A model generated the notes under the pieces. That model had not been told where the DNA came from. It saw only the letters and a program-made list of their open reading frames with translations, and did no database searches. Shown here one piece after another: positions 62,452-64,000 of a DNA stretch of 64,000 nt. The stretch lies in IMG/VR virus record IMGVR_UViG_3300035645_000269. One strand, 5' to 3'. This stretch comes from a virus. Position numbers and translations under genes: made by a program. Position 1 is the first letter of the stretch; each line of letters opens with the position of its first letter.

Positions 62452-64000
62452 ATATTAAACTTGTTTACACCGTTTATATTCCTATGTAGTATATCCCTGA
62501 TTTCTTCCACAAATTCCACATTCTTTGCTGTATTTATCTGTATCATTGTCAGTTGTTGTAATTGTGCTTGTGCTATTACATTATAGGCCGGGAACAATTC
62601 TTCAACCAATCTGCGCACATACTCCCGTTTAACACTCACGTCAGCCCGGATTGCATTTATATAAGAAGCCAAAAGGTTAGCGGTATTTTCAGTAACATTC
62701 TGTATGCCTTTAGATAAACCACTTCCACTGTCTTCTTCCTCTTCCTTCATACTGATACCATATTTCTTTTCCATATAGTTATTCAGTTTGTCAAGCATGG
62801 AATAGTAATCATCGGTTTTCTCACTTACCCCCATTAGATAGTCCGCAATACTTTCCAACTCCTTTTCGTCAAGAGAGAAATCCTTGCCGAAATAACCACT
62901 CATTCCATCCTCACCAAAAAGCATCTTTTGAAGCTGTTGCATGGCCGGTTCCAAAATACTTATTTTGAGAATGGAGTTCATAACATCACCCATAATGTCG
63001 GCAACCTTATTTTTGAAAGCTTCGGCACCATCCTCGCCTTTCTGCCATGCCTCATACAAGGCATCTCCCAGCTGTGAAGCCCAGTCTTTCAAATTAATGC
63101 CATAAAGAGATTCAGCCGTTTCTTCGGCAAAATCCTTTATTTGCTGTTTCATCTCCGCAATCTGATTCTCATAATCAGCCACCTTGCTATCATCCGTCTT
63201 CTTCTTGTCAATTTCGGCTTGCCGTTGTTTCTCCAATTCTGAAAGTTGTTCTTGCATCAAGGCACGTTGATACCCGTATGCACCACCTTCATCGTATGCC
63301 GAAACACGTTTTTGAAGTTTTTCCGCTTCCTGCTTATATTTCTGCAAAGACATCAAATCGAAGATGTTGATCTTTCCCTTATTGCGTATTGCACCAATCT
63401 GATTATTTAATTGATTCAACCGGGTACGGTCATTTTCTGCATCTACAAGTTTTAGTTCCGTGCCACTGCCCAAAAAACGTTCAAGAATACCGTCAATTTG
63501 TTCGTATATATATTGCAACTGTTGAGCACGAAGTTTACTCTTTTCAATAGCCTTATCGAGTTTCTTATCATGCGCTTGTGCTATCTTCCCAATCCAATTT
63601 ACAGCTTCACCAGCAGCGGCAGCAATACCACCAACGATTCCACCTTTGGCGAATCCCTGCCCGATATTGCTTATAGAAGACATGGCATCCTGCACATTAC
63701 CCATCGTGTCGGCCATACCCTCATTGCCCAAAGCATCGAACATGGAAGACATCTGTCCTGCAAAATTGCCGACAAGATCAGCACTTTCAGCGGCACTTTC
63801 TCCCAACCGTCCGATTTTCTTTTCCAGTTTGTCGCTGTCTTTTTCAGAAGTAAAAAGTTCTTTTACATTCTTCGCTAAGGTTTTGAATGGATTTACAGCC
63901 AACTGTGCATCTTGCAACTGGGGGATGGCTTTTATCAATTTATCCAACAAAGAATAAGCACCCTTAACATTTTCAATACTACCATCATCTTTCGTAAAAA
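62448..64000 (-). CDS. second tape measure protein (C-terminal part; gene continues beyond the window)
   Basis: Coiled-coil rich (QQLQYIYEQIDG, KQRQAEIDKKKTDD, AEMKQQIKDFAEE), followed by the 12039-type paralogue exactly as in the + strand module. Confidence 0.6.
   Translation of the reverse strand, partial: FTKDDGSIENVKGAYSLLDKLIKAIPQLQDAQLAVNPFKTLAKNVKELFTSEKDSDKLEKKIGRLGESAAESADLVGNFAGQMSSMFDALGNEGMADTMGNVQDAMSSISNIGQGFAKGGIVGGIAAAAGEAVNWIGKIAQAHDKKLDKAIEKSKLRAQQLQYIYEQIDGILERFLGSGTELKLVDAENDRTRLNQLNNQIGAIRNKGKINIFDLMSLQKYKQEAEKLQKRVSAYDEGGAYGYQRALMQEQLSELEKQRQAEIDKKKTDDSKVADYENQIAEMKQQIKDFAEETAESLYGINLKDWASQLGDALYEAWQKGEDGAEAFKNKVADIMGDVMNSILKISILEPAMQQLQKMLFGEDGMSGYFGKDFSLDEKELESIADYLMGVSEKTDDYYSMLDKLNNYMEKKYGISMKEEEEDSGSGLSKGIQNVTENTANLLASYINAIRADVSVKREYVRRLVEELFPAYNVIAQAQLQQLTMIQINTAKNVEFVEEIRDILHRNINGVNKFNI

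Overview
The window is almost entirely temperate-phage DNA of Bacteroidales type (TAnnTTTG -7 promoter motifs, GH108-type lysin, lipoprotein lipoboxes). The 50 to 60 features below are the contentful calls. Small uninformative ORFs and antisense shadow ORFs are omitted. Family names are inferred by eye from motifs, not from searches.

- **1-23.3 kb, + strand:** a siphovirus-like late operon. It runs from a scaffold-like gene through capsid-associated and major capsid genes, connector and adaptor genes, the major tail protein, a tail assembly chaperone with an overlapping -1 frame, a 1398-aa tape measure protein, and Dit-like and Tal-like tail tip proteins. It ends in a complete diversity-generating retroelement (DGR-1: target gene with C-terminal VR, Avd-like ORF, TR, reverse transcriptase) and a lysis cassette (holin, GH108 endolysin, spanin-like lipoprotein).
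- **23.8-24.6 kb, - strand:** a divergent CI/LexA-like S24 repressor.
- **25-45.4 kb, + strand:** an AT-rich early and accessory module. It carries RecT plus a PD-(D/E)XK exonuclease, HU, a RuvC-like resolvase, a radical-SAM protein, a Dcm cytosine methyltransferase, a PAPS-reductase-like protein, an RtcB RNA ligase, MazG and a DUF3127-like OB-fold protein. It also carries a cluster of 8-10 nt G/C homopolymer tracts, two of which interrupt ORFs, and a remote DGR variable repeat.
- **45.4-64 kb, - strand:** a second, related tail module. It has a holin and lysin-like pair, a collagen-like tail fiber, a second DGR (target with VR, TR, reverse transcriptase split over three frames), Tal and Dit paralogues, a 3.2 kb AT-rich insertion (secreted protein, KilA-N, Rha, tRNA 3'-end-like fragment) and a second tape measure gene that runs off the window.

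The most notable signals are two DGRs with adenine-only TR/VR differences (one VR 14 kb from its TR, in a different module) and a set of homopolymer tracts that look like phase-variation switches.
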